Position numbers and translations under genes: made by a program. Source: Candidatus Omnitrophota bacterium (lineage in GTDB: Bacteria > Omnitrophota > Gorgyraeia > Pluralincolimonadales > Pluralincolimonadaceae). From it: a stretch of 64,000 nucleotides of DNA. The stretch covers positions 147,545 through 211,544 of the forward strand of contig JAQUPL010000001.1 in NCBI GenBank assembly GCA_028716565.1, in the 5' to 3' direction. Below, piece after piece: positions 1-9,646 of the stretch. Under the pieces are notes generated by a model. The model made no database searches. It was not told the origin of the DNA and saw nothing but the letters and a program-made list of their open reading frames with translations. Each line of letters begins with the position of its first letter. The first letter of the stretch is position 1.

Positions 1-1
1 C

Positions 2-382
2 TTGACACGGGTATTCTTTTTGGGTAAAATTAATACAAAGCAGAAGAAGATTTACGGCATAGTAAAAGAGGCGCAGAGACGCTCAGTCAAGGCTATCAAG
101 CCCGGCGCGAAGATATCTGAGATAGATGGAATTGCGCGGGGCTTTATTAACGCTAAGGGATTCGGAAGCGGATTCGGCCATGCCCTTGGCCACGGCATAG
201 GGCTTGAGGTCCACGAGAGCCCGTCCGTCTCCAGCAGGAACCACGCAAAGATCAAACCGGGAATGGTATTCACAATAGAGCCAGCCATCTACCTGCCCGA
301 TTGGGGCGGTATCCGGATAGAGGATATGGTACTGGTCACAAAGAAAGGGTGCGAGGTATTGACAGATGATATCGACAAGTGA
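2..382 (+). CDS. M24 metallopeptidase (Xaa-Pro aminopeptidase-like), C-terminal fragment; 5-prime end outside window
   Basis: ORF open to the window edge. HGIGLEVHE motif typical of pita-bread M24 peptidases. pepP commonly sits next to efp. Confidence 0.6.
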   Translation: MTRVFFLGKINTKQKKIYGIVKEAQRRSVKAIKPGAKISEIDGIARGFINAKGFGSGFGHALGHGIGLEVHESPSVSSRNHAKIKPGMVFTIEPAIYLPDWGGIRIEDMVLVTKKGCEVLTDDIDK

Positions 383-926
383 TATTAAAAACGGCTTAAC
401 GGTCAAAATAGACGGAGAACTTTTTCAAGTCATAGAGTTCCAGCACGTGAAACCCGGCAAGGGCGGAGCTTTTGTAAAAACGAAGCTGCGCAGCTTGTCT
501 TCCGGAAATGTCCTGCCCAGGACGTTCCGTTCGGGTGATAAGCTCGAGGACGCGTTCATCGAATATAAAAAACTCCAGTTCAGCTACGTCGCCGGCGATG
601 AGTACCACTTCATGGAAGAAAAGACCTTTGAGCAGTTCCAGATGACCTCCAAGCAGCTGGGCGACGTCACCCATTACCTGAAAGAGAACATGGTGGTCAA
701 CGCCTCTTTCTACGAAGGTAAGTTGATGAGCGTAGAAGCCCCCATGTTCGTCGAGCTGGCCGTAGTGGAAGCCGATCCCGGCCTCAAGGGCGATACGGCC
801 AAGAGCGGCACAAAAGCGGTAAAACTCGAGACCGGATATTCCATACAAGTCCCGTTATTCGTAAATACAGGCGACATCCTTAAGATAGATACCCGCACAG
901 GCGATTACGTCGAGAGAGCCAAATAA
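366..926 (+). CDS. efp: elongation factor P
   Basis: 186 aa. N-terminus MISTSDIKNGL...KPGKGGAF matches EF-P including the KPGKG loop. Confidence 0.9.
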   Translation: MISTSDIKNGLTVKIDGELFQVIEFQHVKPGKGGAFVKTKLRSLSSGNVLPRTFRSGDKLEDAFIEYKKLQFSYVAGDEYHFMEEKTFEQFQMTSKQLGDVTHYLKENMVVNASFYEGKLMSVEAPMFVELAVVEADPGLKGDTAKSGTKAVKLETGYSIQVPLFVNTGDILKIDTRTGDYVERAK

Positions 927-945
927 AAGCCCAAAGGGGGATAAG

Positions 946-1395
946 ATGAACGTAAAAGAACTCAAAGAGATGATAGCCCTGATGAACGAGAACGGCCTGA
1001 CCGAAATAGAGATCGAGAGGGAAGGCCAGAGGATCAGGCTGAAGAAAGGATTCTCCGGGGCGCCCGAAGTGACCCAGGAGGGAGTATTTATCCAGCCCCA
1101 GCAGGGCCCTATCCTGGCCGTGCCGCATAAAGAACCGGAACCTGTGAAATCAAACCTTATAGAGATAAAAGCTCCTATGGTCGGGACCTTCTACAGGGCG
1201 CCCGCGCCTGACGCGCCCGCGTTCGTCGAGGAAGGCAGCATGATAGAGCCCGGCCAGGTGATATGCATCGTCGAAGCGATGAAGCTCATGAATGAGATAA
1301 AGTCGGAAGTCAAAGGCAAGGTCGTCAATATCCTTGTCGAGAACGCGCAACCCGTTGAATTCGGCCACGTGCTCTTCCTTATCGAGCCCGCATAA
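946..1395 (+). CDS. accB: biotin carboxyl carrier protein of acetyl-CoA carboxylase
   Basis: 149 aa. C-terminal biotinyl domain with EAMKLMNEI (AMKM-type biotinylation motif). Immediately upstream of accC. Confidence 0.85.
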   Translation: MNVKELKEMIALMNENGLTEIEIEREGQRIRLKKGFSGAPEVTQEGVFIQPQQGPILAVPHKEPEPVKSNLIEIKAPMVGTFYRAPAPDAPAFVEEGSMIEPGQVICIVEAMKLMNEIKSEVKGKVVNILVENAQPVEFGHVLFLIEPA

Positions 1396-1398
1396 AAA

Positions 1399-2757
1399 AT
1401 GTTCTCAAAAATATTGATAGCCAACCGCGGAGAAGTCGCCCTGAGGATCATAAGGGCGTGCAAGGACATGGGGATAAAGTCCGTCGCCGTATATTCCGAG
1501 GCGGATAAAGACTCCCTCCATGTGAAATTTGCCGACGAGGCCATCTGCATAGGCGCCGCGGCGCCGGCAGGCAGCTACCTTAACATACCCAGCATTATAA
1601 GCGCCGCCGAGATATCCGATGTCGAGGCGATACATCCCGGATACGGGTTCCTTGCCGAGAACGCCCATTTCGCCGAAGTCTGCGAATCGTGCAATATTAA
1701 ATTTATAGGCCCTACGCCTGAAGCCATGCGCCTCATGGGCGACAAGATGGCGGCAAAAGATACCATGAGGAAGGCCGGGCTTCCTATCATACCCGGCAGT
1801 TTGTCGGTAGTAAAAGAGAAGGAAGAGGCCCTCAGGGTCGCGCATAAATTGCAGTACCCGGTCATCGTAAAGGCGGCCGCAGGCGGCGGCGGGCGCGGGA
1901 TGCGTATCGCGCACAACGACGTCAGGCTTGTCAGCGTCCTGATGACCTGCCAGACCGAGGCCGAGGCCGCGTTCGGTAATCCGGCGGTATATATCGAGAA
2001 GTATGTTCCCAACCCGAGGCACGTGGAGTTCCAGATAGTCGCGGACAAGTACGGCCACGTCGTACATCTCGGCGAGAGGGACTGCACGATACAAAGGCGC
2101 CACCAGAAACTGCTGGAGGAATCCCCTTCACCGGCGGTCGATCCCAAACTTAGGAAGAAGATGGGAGATGCCGCGGTAAAAGGCGCGAAGGCGGGGAATT
2201 ACACGAATGTCGGCACGATAGAGTTCCTCCTGGATGAAAACGATAATTATTATTTCATGGAGATGAATACGAGGATCCAGGTCGAGCATCCGGTCACCGA
2301 GATGGTCACCGGAATAGACCTCGTAAAGGAGCAGATAAAGATCGCGGCCGGAGAGAGGCTGTCCTACAGCCAGGATGACATCAAATTCAGCGGCCACGCT
2401 ATCGAATGCCGCATAAACGCAGAGGACGCGGACAATAACTTCATGCCATGCCCGGGTAAAGTCACGTTCTTCCATGCGCCGGGCGGGCCGGGCGTGCGCG
2501 TAGATTCGCACGTCTACCAGGGATATACGATACCGCCTTTTTACGATTCGATGATAGCCAAGCTTATAACTTACGGCAAGAACAGGTCCGAGGCTATACA
2601 GGTGATGCAGAGGGCCCTCTCGGAATTCACCATCGAGCCCATCAAGACGACGATAGATTTCCACAAGCGCCTCACCGCAGATCCCGCGTTCCTTCGCGGT
2701 GAGGTCACGACCGAATTCATAGAAAAGAAGATGTCAGAAAAGGAGGCCGCACAATGA
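1399..2757 (+). CDS. accC: biotin carboxylase subunit of acetyl-CoA carboxylase
   Basis: 452 aa. [21 protein letters not shown] start and ATP-grasp motifs (GGGGRGMR) typical of AccC. Confidence 0.95.
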   Translation: MFSKILIANRGEVALRIIRACKDMGIKSVAVYSEADKDSLHVKFADEAICIGAAAPAGSYLNIPSIISAAEISDVEAIHPGYGFLAENAHFAEVCESCNIKFIGPTPEAMRLMGDKMAAKDTMRKAGLPIIPGSLSVVKEKEEALRVAHKLQYPVIVKAAAGGGGRGMRIAHNDVRLVSVLMTCQTEAEAAFGNPAVYIEKYVPNPRHVEFQIVADKYGHVVHLGERDCTIQRRHQKLLEESPSPAVDPKLRKKMGDAAVKGAKAGNYTNVGTIEFLLDENDNYYFMEMNTRIQVEHPVTEMVTGIDLVKEQIKIAAGERLSYSQDDIKFSGHAIECRINAEDADNNFMPCPGKVTFFHAPGGPGVRVDSHVYQGYTIPPFYDSMIAKLITYGKNRSEAIQVMQRALSEFTIEPIKTTIDFHKRLTADPAFLRGEVTTEFIEKKMSEKEAAQ

Positions 2758-3368
2758 AAATATTGAACAGGTTAACGATGATGTTTTTCCTAATAGTCTT
2801 TATCACGATCGGTCTCTTCCTTATTGCCGTATCCATAAGGTCTGTGGAGAGCGAACCGATAATGAACGCACTCGACTCGATCAACGCCTCTACGACTTTG
2901 CGGATCGGGGTGGGAGCGGTCGGTTTTCTTCTCATCGTGATATCATGGGCGAGCTACCAGTTTACGGTCGCGCGCATCCAGAGGCAGAAGAACATAGCGT
3001 TCAACAATCCCGACGGCCAGGTTTCCATCTCGCTTTCGGCGATAGAGGAGTTCATAAGGAAGATAGGTTCGTCCCTTCCCGAGGTCAAGGAGATGAAGTC
3101 GGATTGCATAGCGACCAAGAAGGGCATCGATATATCCACCAAGGTCATATTCTGGGCCGACGCGAACATCCCCGAGTCCACGGAAAAGATACAGGGCCTC
3201 GTGAAGGCGAAGATACAGGAGATGCTCGGCATAGACGAGCCGATCATAATAAAGATACACGTCACAAAGATAGCGACCCGTCCCGACGCCAAACCCGCGG
3301 CAAAAAAGGGCAAGGACAAGGATGATGTGAGCATTCCGTTCGGCGGGTTCGATTACAGGAACGAATAA
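2754..3368 (+). CDS. membrane-anchored Asp23/Gls24-like (DUF322-type) envelope stress protein (tentative)
   Basis: N-terminal TM segments followed by an Asp23-like core ([17 protein letters not shown]...[37 protein letters not shown]). Start overlaps the accC stop. Confidence 0.4.
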   Translation: MKILNRLTMMFFLIVFITIGLFLIAVSIRSVESEPIMNALDSINASTTLRIGVGAVGFLLIVISWASYQFTVARIQRQKNIAFNNPDGQVSISLSAIEEFIRKIGSSLPEVKEMKSDCIATKKGIDISTKVIFWADANIPESTEKIQGLVKAKIQEMLGIDEPIIIKIHVTKIATRPDAKPAAKKGKDKDDVSIPFGGFDYRNE

Positions 3369-3393
3369 AAAAGACAAAAGGAGGAAGCACCGG

Positions 3394-4419
3394 ATGAAAA
3401 GGTTGGGAATACTTACCGGCGGCGGGGACTGTCCGGGTTTGAACCCCGTCATCAGGGCGGCGGTCAAGAAGGCTTATGCGGAAGGATATGAAGTCATAGG
3501 TTTTAAGAACGGCTGGAAAGGCCTCATAGAAGGGGATGTGATACCTCTGGACCTGCGTTCGGTATCCGGGATCCTCCCGAAAGGCGGCACGATATTAGGC
3601 ACTTCAAGGACCAACCCCTACAAGCAGGAAGGAGCTGTCCAGAAAGTAAAAGATAATTTCAAAAAGTTCGAGCTCGACGCCCTGATAGCCATAGGCGGCG
3701 AGGACACTCTCGGCGTCGCAAATAAACTTGTGAAAGAAGGCCTGAAGGCTGTGGGCGTAGCGAAGACTATAGATAATGACCTCAACGAGACCGATTTTAC
3801 GTTCGGTTTCGATACCGCGGTGAATATAGTAATGGAATGCATCGACAGGCTGCACACTACGGCGGAGAGCCACAACAGGATCATGATTGCTGAAGTCATG
3901 GGCCGCCATGCCGGCTGGATCGCGATGTACGCGGGTATCGCCGGGGGCGCGGACGTGATATTGATCCCTGAGATCCCGATCAATATCGACGATGTATGCG
4001 CTATAATCAAGAAACGCCACGAGCGCGGCAAGAATTTCTCGATCGTCGTAGTCGCGGAAGGCGCAAAGTTCGGGGATGAGGAGATACTCCAGACCGAGAA
4101 GCTCGATGAGTTCGGGCATGTAAGGCTGGGAGGGATCGGCCAGCGCCTCGGCGAATTAATAGAGAAGAAGACGGGTTTTGAGACGAGGGTTACCGTGCTC
4201 GGGCACATCCAGCGCGGCGGTTCTCCTACGGCGTTTGACAGGGTCCTGGGCACCAGGTTTGGCGTCAAGGCCGTTGAACTTATCATGCAGGGAAAATTCG
4301 GTTATATGGCCAGCCTCCAGGGAAACAAAATAAAGGAAGTCCCGATCGATAAAGCCGTCGGCACCTTAAAGACGGTCGACAAGGATTTCTACGATATGGC
4401 AAAGACATTCTTCGGTTGA
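3394..4419 (+). CDS. pfk: 6-phosphofructokinase, probably pyrophosphate-dependent type
   Basis: 341 aa. GILTGGGDCPGLN, then IGGEDTLG (D at the G104-equivalent position) and GVAKTIDND (K at the G124-equivalent), as in PPi-PFKs. RBS GGAGGA upstream. Confidence 0.85.
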   Translation: MKRLGILTGGGDCPGLNPVIRAAVKKAYAEGYEVIGFKNGWKGLIEGDVIPLDLRSVSGILPKGGTILGTSRTNPYKQEGAVQKVKDNFKKFELDALIAIGGEDTLGVANKLVKEGLKAVGVAKTIDNDLNETDFTFGFDTAVNIVMECIDRLHTTAESHNRIMIAEVMGRHAGWIAMYAGIAGGADVILIPEIPINIDDVCAIIKKRHERGKNFSIVVVAEGAKFGDEEILQTEKLDEFGHVRLGGIGQRLGELIEKKTGFETRVTVLGHIQRGGSPTAFDRVLGTRFGVKAVELIMQGKFGYMASLQGNKIKEVPIDKAVGTLKTVDKDFYDMAKTFFG

Positions 4420-4988
4420 AAATGAAAAAAAAGATAGAAAGCATACTGGAAGAGAGCATCTCCGTAAAGAAAGACCTCCTGGTGTCGCAGGCCGGCGCTA
4501 TCGAAAAAGCCGCCGACGCTGTCATCAAGTCGCTGAAGTCCGGCGGCAAGGTCATAATCTTCGGCAACGGCGGAAGCGCCGCGGACAGCCAGCATATGGC
4601 GGCTGAACTCGTCGGGAAATTCCTGAAGGAGAGGAAGGGGGTCCCGGCGGTAGCCCTGACCACCAACACCTCGATAATTACGGCGATAGCCAACGACTAT
4701 TCTTATGATGAGGTGTTTTCGCGCCAACTCGACGCGATCGCGGGAAACAACGATGTGGCGGTCGGGATCTCAACGAGCGGGAACGCGAAGAACGTCATCA
4801 AGGCGGTAGAACTCGCAAATAAAAAGGGCCTGGTTACGGTCGCGCTCACGGGACGCGACGGAGGCGGTCTGGCCAGGATAGCGAATATCCCAATAATAGT
4901 CCCTTCCGGGTCTACTCCGAGGATCCAGGAAGCCCACGTCACGGTTGTCCATATCCTCTGCCAGTTGGCAGAAGAGGCGTTGTTCTAA
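4416..4988 (+). CDS. gmhA: D-sedoheptulose-7-phosphate isomerase (SIS domain)
   Basis: 190 aa. GGKVIIFGNGGSAADSQHMAAELVGKF is near-identical to the GmhA consensus. Confidence 0.8.
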   Translation: MKMKKKIESILEESISVKKDLLVSQAGAIEKAADAVIKSLKSGGKVIIFGNGGSAADSQHMAAELVGKFLKERKGVPAVALTTNTSIITAIANDYSYDEVFSRQLDAIAGNNDVAVGISTSGNAKNVIKAVELANKKGLVTVALTGRDGGGLARIANIPIIVPSGSTPRIQEAHVTVVHILCQLAEEALF

Positions 4989-5008
4989 TTTACCGGCGGG
5001 GTCCCATA

Positions 5009-5512
5009 ATGACGGAAAAAAAGATAACCTCCTTTTCGAAGTTAAAGGCTCTTGCATCAAGACTTCGCGCAAAAGGCAAAAGGATCGTCTTTACGAACGG
5101 GTGTTTCGACATCCTGCACGCAGGGCACGTGAAATACCTTGAGAAGGCCAGGTCCCTCGGGGATGTCCTGGTCCTGGGGCTCAACAGTGATCGTTCGGTA
5201 AAAAAGATAAAAGGCCCGTCGCGCCCCATAATCCCCCAAAAAGACAGGGCCGCGGTCGTTGCTTCCCTCGGCTTTGTTGACTATGTGGTAATATTCGGCG
5301 ATGCCACGCCCCTGAAACTCATAAAGGCGGTAAGGCCCTACGTGCTCGTTAAGGGAGCGGACTGGAAAGTAGGCAAGATCGTCGGCGCCGACCTCGTGAA
5401 GTCCTACGGAGGGAAAGTCGTCGCTATACCGCTGGTGAAGGGCAGGTCCACTACCGGGCTTATCCGCAGGATATTAAACACTGCGGATATCCGCGGTGCA
5501 AGAAGATCTTAA
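5009..5512 (+). CDS. D-beta-D-heptose 1-phosphate adenylyltransferase (RfaE/HldE domain II only)
   Basis: 167 aa. VFTNGCFDILHAGHVKYL...GLNSD cytidylyltransferase-like motifs of HldE C-terminal domain. No kinase domain fused. Confidence 0.75.
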   Translation: MTEKKITSFSKLKALASRLRAKGKRIVFTNGCFDILHAGHVKYLEKARSLGDVLVLGLNSDRSVKKIKGPSRPIIPQKDRAAVVASLGFVDYVVIFGDATPLKLIKAVRPYVLVKGADWKVGKIVGADLVKSYGGKVVAIPLVKGRSTTGLIRRILNTADIRGARRS

Positions 5513-5922
5513 TGAAAGAGAAGCTTTACAGGATAATTGACGCGAACCTCAACAGGTCGAGGGAAGGCTTAAGGGTCTGTGAGGAGATCGCGAGATTCGT
5601 GCTGGACGACGCGTCCCTCATGAGGGATCTCAAAGGCCTGCGCCACGGCATTTCAGGCTGCATCAAACTCTACCCGGTCAGACTGCGCGGAATTATATCG
5701 GCGCGCGATACCGATGGCGATGTAGGGCGGGGCAGGCAGGCGATCGAGAGGAAGAGAACCGGATGGAAGGAGATCTCGATAGCCAATATGGAGCGCGTCA
5801 AGGAATCCCTCCGCGTCCTGGAAGAATTCTCAAAGCTCATAGACGGAAAGATAGCCGACAGGTTCAAGAGGCTCAGGTTCAAGGCGTATAACGCCGAGAA
5901 GAGGCTCGTCTCGAGGTTTTGA
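5512..5922 (+). CDS. hypothetical protein, translationally coupled between rfaE2 and thiE
   Basis: 136-aa ORF. Start ATG overlaps the upstream TAA (TAATG); no recognisable motif by eye. Confidence 0.3.
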   Translation: MKEKLYRIIDANLNRSREGLRVCEEIARFVLDDASLMRDLKGLRHGISGCIKLYPVRLRGIISARDTDGDVGRGRQAIERKRTGWKEISIANMERVKESLRVLEEFSKLIDGKIADRFKRLRFKAYNAEKRLVSRF

Positions 5923-6545
5923 CCTTGCGTGATTTCAGGCTTTACGTGATCATAGATAAGAAGGCGGTCAAGGGCCGCGACCTGGCCTATGCGGCGAAGG
6001 AAGCGATAGCCGGAGGCGCGGACGTGATACAATTCCGCGACAAGGAATCTGACGCCGCGGATGTAGTCGAGGCCGGCCGCGCGATGCGTGAGGCGATAGG
6101 AAAAGACGAGGCCATATTCATCGTTAACGACAGCCCGGATATCGCGTTAGCCATCGATGCCGACGGCGTGCATCTCGGCCAGGAAGATATGCCGGTAATC
6201 GGCGCCCGCTCCATATTAGGCAGGGGCAAGATAATAGGCCTATCGACGCATTCGCTCGAACAGGCGCGCGCGGCGCAAAACAGCGGCGCGGATTATATAG
6301 GAGTGGGGCCGGTATTTTCTACGCCTACCAAGCCCGGATATAAAGCGGTCGGGCTCGATCTGATAGAACAAGTAAATAATATGAAAGGCCTTCCTTTTGT
6401 CGCTATCGGCGGTATCGACGAGACGAATATCGGCGAAGTTATAGCGGCCGGCGCATCAAGGGTTGCCGTAGTAAGGGCGGTATGCGGCGCGGAAGATATC
6501 AGGAAAGCGGCAAAAAGATTGAAGGATAAACTCACCAAAAGATGA
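5919..6545 (+). CDS. thiE: thiamine-phosphate synthase
   Basis: 208 aa; LYVIIDKK...GADVIQFRDKE...GVHLGQED...GVGPVFST TIM-barrel ThiE motifs. Non-ATG (TTG) start in ORF track. Confidence 0.8.
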   Translation: MTLRDFRLYVIIDKKAVKGRDLAYAAKEAIAGGADVIQFRDKESDAADVVEAGRAMREAIGKDEAIFIVNDSPDIALAIDADGVHLGQEDMPVIGARSILGRGKIIGLSTHSLEQARAAQNSGADYIGVGPVFSTPTKPGYKAVGLDLIEQVNNMKGLPFVAIGGIDETNIGEVIAAGASRVAVVRAVCGAEDIRKAAKRLKDKLTKR

Positions 6546-7822
6546 CCCAATTAGAGTCGGCAAAAAGAGGCAAGATCACGCCCGAGATGAGGCTGGTCGC
6601 GAAAGCGGAAGGCCTCGACTTGAAACTGCTCGTAAGGAAGATATCTTCAGGCAGGATCGTCATACCCTCCAATATCCTCAGGAAGAAGGGAAGGGTCTGC
6701 GGCATCGGCGAAGGGTTAAAGACCAAGATAAACGCCAATATCGGGACATCCCAGGGTTCTTCGAAGATATCGGCTGAGCTGAAGAAACTGAAGGTCGCGG
6801 TCGATAACGGCGCAGATGCCGTAATGGACCTTTCGACCGCGGGAGACCTGCGAGCTATCAGGAAGGCTATACTCAGGGCTTCGCCCGTGCCTGTAGGGAC
6901 AGTCCCTATTTACGAAGCGGCTGTCGGCGCGGACCGCAGGAAGAGGCCTATCTATTCCATGACGGCGGATGAGATGTTCGCCGTGATTGAGGGTCAGGCG
7001 GGGGAAGGTGTGGATTTTTTTACTATCCATTGCGGCGTTACAAGGAAAGCGGTGGATTGCCTTAAGAGACAGGGCAGGGTGATAGGCGTCGTCAGCAGGG
7101 GCGGCGCCATAATGGTTGAATGGATGGCGCATAACCGCCGCGAGAATCCCTTTTATGAGGAGTTTGACAGGGTACTGGAGATCGCGCGCAAATACGACGT
7201 CACTTTAAGCCTGGGCGACGGAATGAGGCCGGGATGCCTTGCCGACGCCAGCGACAGGGCGCAGATACAGGAGTTAATGACCCTTGGCGAACTTTCCGTG
7301 AGGGCTAAACGGGCCGGCGTCCAGGTAATGATAGAAGGGCCCGGGCACGTCCCGATCAACCAGATCGAAGCAAATATCATGCTGGAGAAAGACCTTTGCC
7401 ACGGCGCGCCGTTTTATGTCTTAGGCCCGTTGGTGACGGACATAGCGCCCGGCTACGACCATATAACATCGGCGATAGGCGGAGCGCTTGCGGCCGCCCA
7501 CGGCGCTGATTTCATCTGCTACGTCACGCCTTCCGAACATCTCGGTCTGCCTTCGGTCGAAGACGTGAAGACAGGCGTCATCTCCGCCCGGATAGCCGCG
7601 CACGCGGCGGATGTAGCCAAGGGGGTAAAAGGCGCGCTCGATCGGGACATCGCCATATCTGCCGCCCGCAAGAAGAGGGATTGGAAGAAACAATTCGCCC
7701 TGGCCATCGACCCGTCGCGCGCGAAGGAATACAGGAACCGTTCCAAGCCGGCGGCGAAAGATGTCTGCACGATGTGCGGGCAATATTGTTCAATGAAAAT
7801 ATCGGAGGAATACCTGGGATAA
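6542..7822 (+). CDS. thiC: phosphomethylpyrimidine synthase
   Basis: 426 aa. DAVMDLSTAG and C-terminal CTMCGQYCSMK Fe-S cluster motif (CX2CX4C) of ThiC. Confidence 0.9.
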   Translation: MTQLESAKRGKITPEMRLVAKAEGLDLKLLVRKISSGRIVIPSNILRKKGRVCGIGEGLKTKINANIGTSQGSSKISAELKKLKVAVDNGADAVMDLSTAGDLRAIRKAILRASPVPVGTVPIYEAAVGADRRKRPIYSMTADEMFAVIEGQAGEGVDFFTIHCGVTRKAVDCLKRQGRVIGVVSRGGAIMVEWMAHNRRENPFYEEFDRVLEIARKYDVTLSLGDGMRPGCLADASDRAQIQELMTLGELSVRAKRAGVQVMIEGPGHVPINQIEANIMLEKDLCHGAPFYVLGPLVTDIAPGYDHITSAIGGALAAAHGADFICYVTPSEHLGLPSVEDVKTGVISARIAAHAADVAKGVKGALDRDIAISAARKKRDWKKQFALAIDPSRAKEYRNRSKPAAKDVCTMCGQYCSMKISEEYLG

Positions 7823-8727
7823 TGTCACTCTTGGTCGTAGGCTCAATAGCCTTGGATTCGATAAAGACCCCGTTCGGAAAGGTGGATGAGGCGCTCGGCG
7901 GTTCGGCAGTATATTTCTCCTGCGCCGCTACGTTCTTTAATTCGGCGCGGCTAGTCGGAGTGGTGGGCGCCGATTTCCCGAAAAAATATATTCAATTGCT
8001 GGAAAAGAGGGGCGTAGATGTCACGGGGCTCAAGATTGACGGGGGAAAGACCTTCCGGTGGAAAGGCGAATACGGGTTCGACCTCAACACTGCTCACACG
8101 ATTTATACTTACCTTAACGTGTTCGCCGATTTCAAGCCGGAGATCCCCGCGGAATACCGGGACTCCGATAATGTCTTCCTGGCGAATATCGACCCTTCGT
8201 TACAACTGGATGTCCTGAAGCAGGTCGACGACCCGCGCCTTATCGCCTGCGATACGATGAACTACTGGATAGAGAACAAGCCGAAGGAGCTTAAAAAACT
8301 CCTGAAGCACGTCCATATATTTTTCGCTAATGACAAGGAAGCGCGCGAGTTTTCCGGCGAACTTAACCTCCTCAAGGCCGCAAGATATATATTTTCTTGC
8401 GGGCCGAAAATTGCTATAATAAAAAAAGGCGAACACGGCGTTCTTTGTATCTCAAAAGATTTCATCTTTTCCTATCCCGCGTATATCCTTGAAGACCCGT
8501 TCGACCCGACCGGCGCCGGCGATACCTTCGCCGGAGGGTTCATGGGTTATCTCAGTAAAGCGAAGAGGATCGACGAGACGGTGCTGCGCAAGGGATGTGC
8601 CTACGGGACCATCCTTGCCTCATTCGCGGTCGAGGATTTCAGCGTCAACCGGATATTGAAGTTGACGGAAAAAGATATACAGGGCAGATATAAGAAATTC
8701 AAGATGCTCATGCATCTAGCCGATTGA
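7822..8727 (+). CDS. PfkB/ribokinase-family sugar kinase (substrate unknown)
   Basis: ATG at 7822 overlaps the thiC stop. The ORF-track start at 7681 is rejected because it is inside thiC. C-terminal DPTGAGDTFAGGF anion-hole motif of ribokinase superfamily. Confidence 0.7.
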   Translation: MSLLVVGSIALDSIKTPFGKVDEALGGSAVYFSCAATFFNSARLVGVVGADFPKKYIQLLEKRGVDVTGLKIDGGKTFRWKGEYGFDLNTAHTIYTYLNVFADFKPEIPAEYRDSDNVFLANIDPSLQLDVLKQVDDPRLIACDTMNYWIENKPKELKKLLKHVHIFFANDKEAREFSGELNLLKAARYIFSCGPKIAIIKKGEHGVLCISKDFIFSYPAYILEDPFDPTGAGDTFAGGFMGYLSKAKRIDETVLRKGCAYGTILASFAVEDFSVNRILKLTEKDIQGRYKKFKMLMHLAD

Positions 8728-8846
8728 TTATGTGGTATGCTGTAACGGTTTTTCTTCCGATTAGGAAAGGGGTTCTGTAAAGGGTAAAACAACGTTTTCC
8801 CCTTTACGACAAATTCGCCCAGATTGGGCGATACGAATTTGTCCAA

Positions 8847-8922
8847 GCGGGTGTAGTTCAGTTGGTAGAACGTCAGCTTCCCAAGCTGAATATCGTGGGT
8901 TCGAGTCCCATCACCCGCTCCA
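8847..8922 (+). tRNA. tRNA-Gly (anticodon CCC)
   Basis: GCGGGTGTAGTTCAGTTGGTAGAAC...anticodon stem TCAGC/GCTGA with loop TTCCCAA...GGTTCGAGTCC T-arm...CACCCGC-T-CCA. CCA is encoded. Confidence 0.85.
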
Positions 8923-8944
8923 TTTTTAGGATGGTGTATCATAA

Positions 8945-9625
8945 ATGTCTTATTTTAGGGTTTTATTTATAACTATTCTTATCCTCTCCCTGGCGGGCTG
9001 CGCGGAGACCCCGGTCATTAAGCCGCCGAAAGAAGGCCTGCCAGTCCACGCTAAAGGCGGGACTTACCACAGGGTCGTAAAGGGTGAGACGCTTTGGAGG
9101 ATAGCGAAGAATAACGGCGTAGACCTCGAGACACTTGTCGAGGCGAACGGCCTGGCGGACGCCGGGAATATAAAGGTCGGACAGGATATACTCATACCCG
9201 CTAAACCCGCACAACCCGTGTCGAATATCACGCCTATCCCCGTGTACTCAAAAGAGGATTTTATCTGGCCGGTCAAGGGCAAAGTCATCTCGTCGTTCGG
9301 ACAGAAGAGAGGGTCGACGCCGAATAAAGGGGTAGATATCCAGGCGCGGGAAGGTACGGCGGTCATCGCCTCCAGGAGCGGCAGGGTCATATTCAGCGAT
9401 GATAAAGTAAGGGGTTTCGGGAAGACTGTCATACTGGACCATGGCGACGGCATCCAGACGGTTTATTCGCATAATTCCGAGATACTTGTCAGGATAGGTG
9501 AAGATGTCAGGCAGGCGCAACCGGTGGCTAAAGTCGGCTCCGGGGGAAGGGGCAATTCCCCGTACCTGCATTTTGAGATAAGAAAGAGGCATAAGCCTCA
9601 GAACCCATTTTATTACTTGTCTTAA
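8945..9625 (+). CDS. LysM-domain M23 family peptidoglycan endopeptidase, lipoprotein
   Basis: Lipobox LSLAGC; LysM (YHRVVKGETLWRIAKNNGV) and M23 motifs (HGDGIQTVYSHN, YLHFEIR). Confidence 0.8.
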   Translation: MSYFRVLFITILILSLAGCAETPVIKPPKEGLPVHAKGGTYHRVVKGETLWRIAKNNGVDLETLVEANGLADAGNIKVGQDILIPAKPAQPVSNITPIPVYSKEDFIWPVKGKVISSFGQKRGSTPNKGVDIQAREGTAVIASRSGRVIFSDDKVRGFGKTVILDHGDGIQTVYSHNSEILVRIGEDVRQAQPVAKVGSGGRGNSPYLHFEIRKRHKPQNPFYYLS

Positions 9626-9646
9626 GCCAGGAAGGTTTTATCTATA

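Noticed and set aside
396-2664. Long antisense ORFs (396-848 -, 1405-2103 -, 1575-2147 -, 2128-2664 -) overlapping efp and accC
   Set aside because: They lie entirely inside strongly supported + strand genes. High GC with third-position bias produces long stop-free antisense frames. No motifs, no RBS.
2945-3325. 126-aa His/Arg-rich + ORF overlapping the Asp23-like gene
   Set aside because: Off-frame artefact. The in-frame product has TM segments and a conserved core.
7681-7821. Upstream extension of the PfkB kinase ORF
   Set aside because: Lies wholly inside thiC. The ATG at 7822 overlapping the thiC stop gives a normal ribokinase-family N-terminus.
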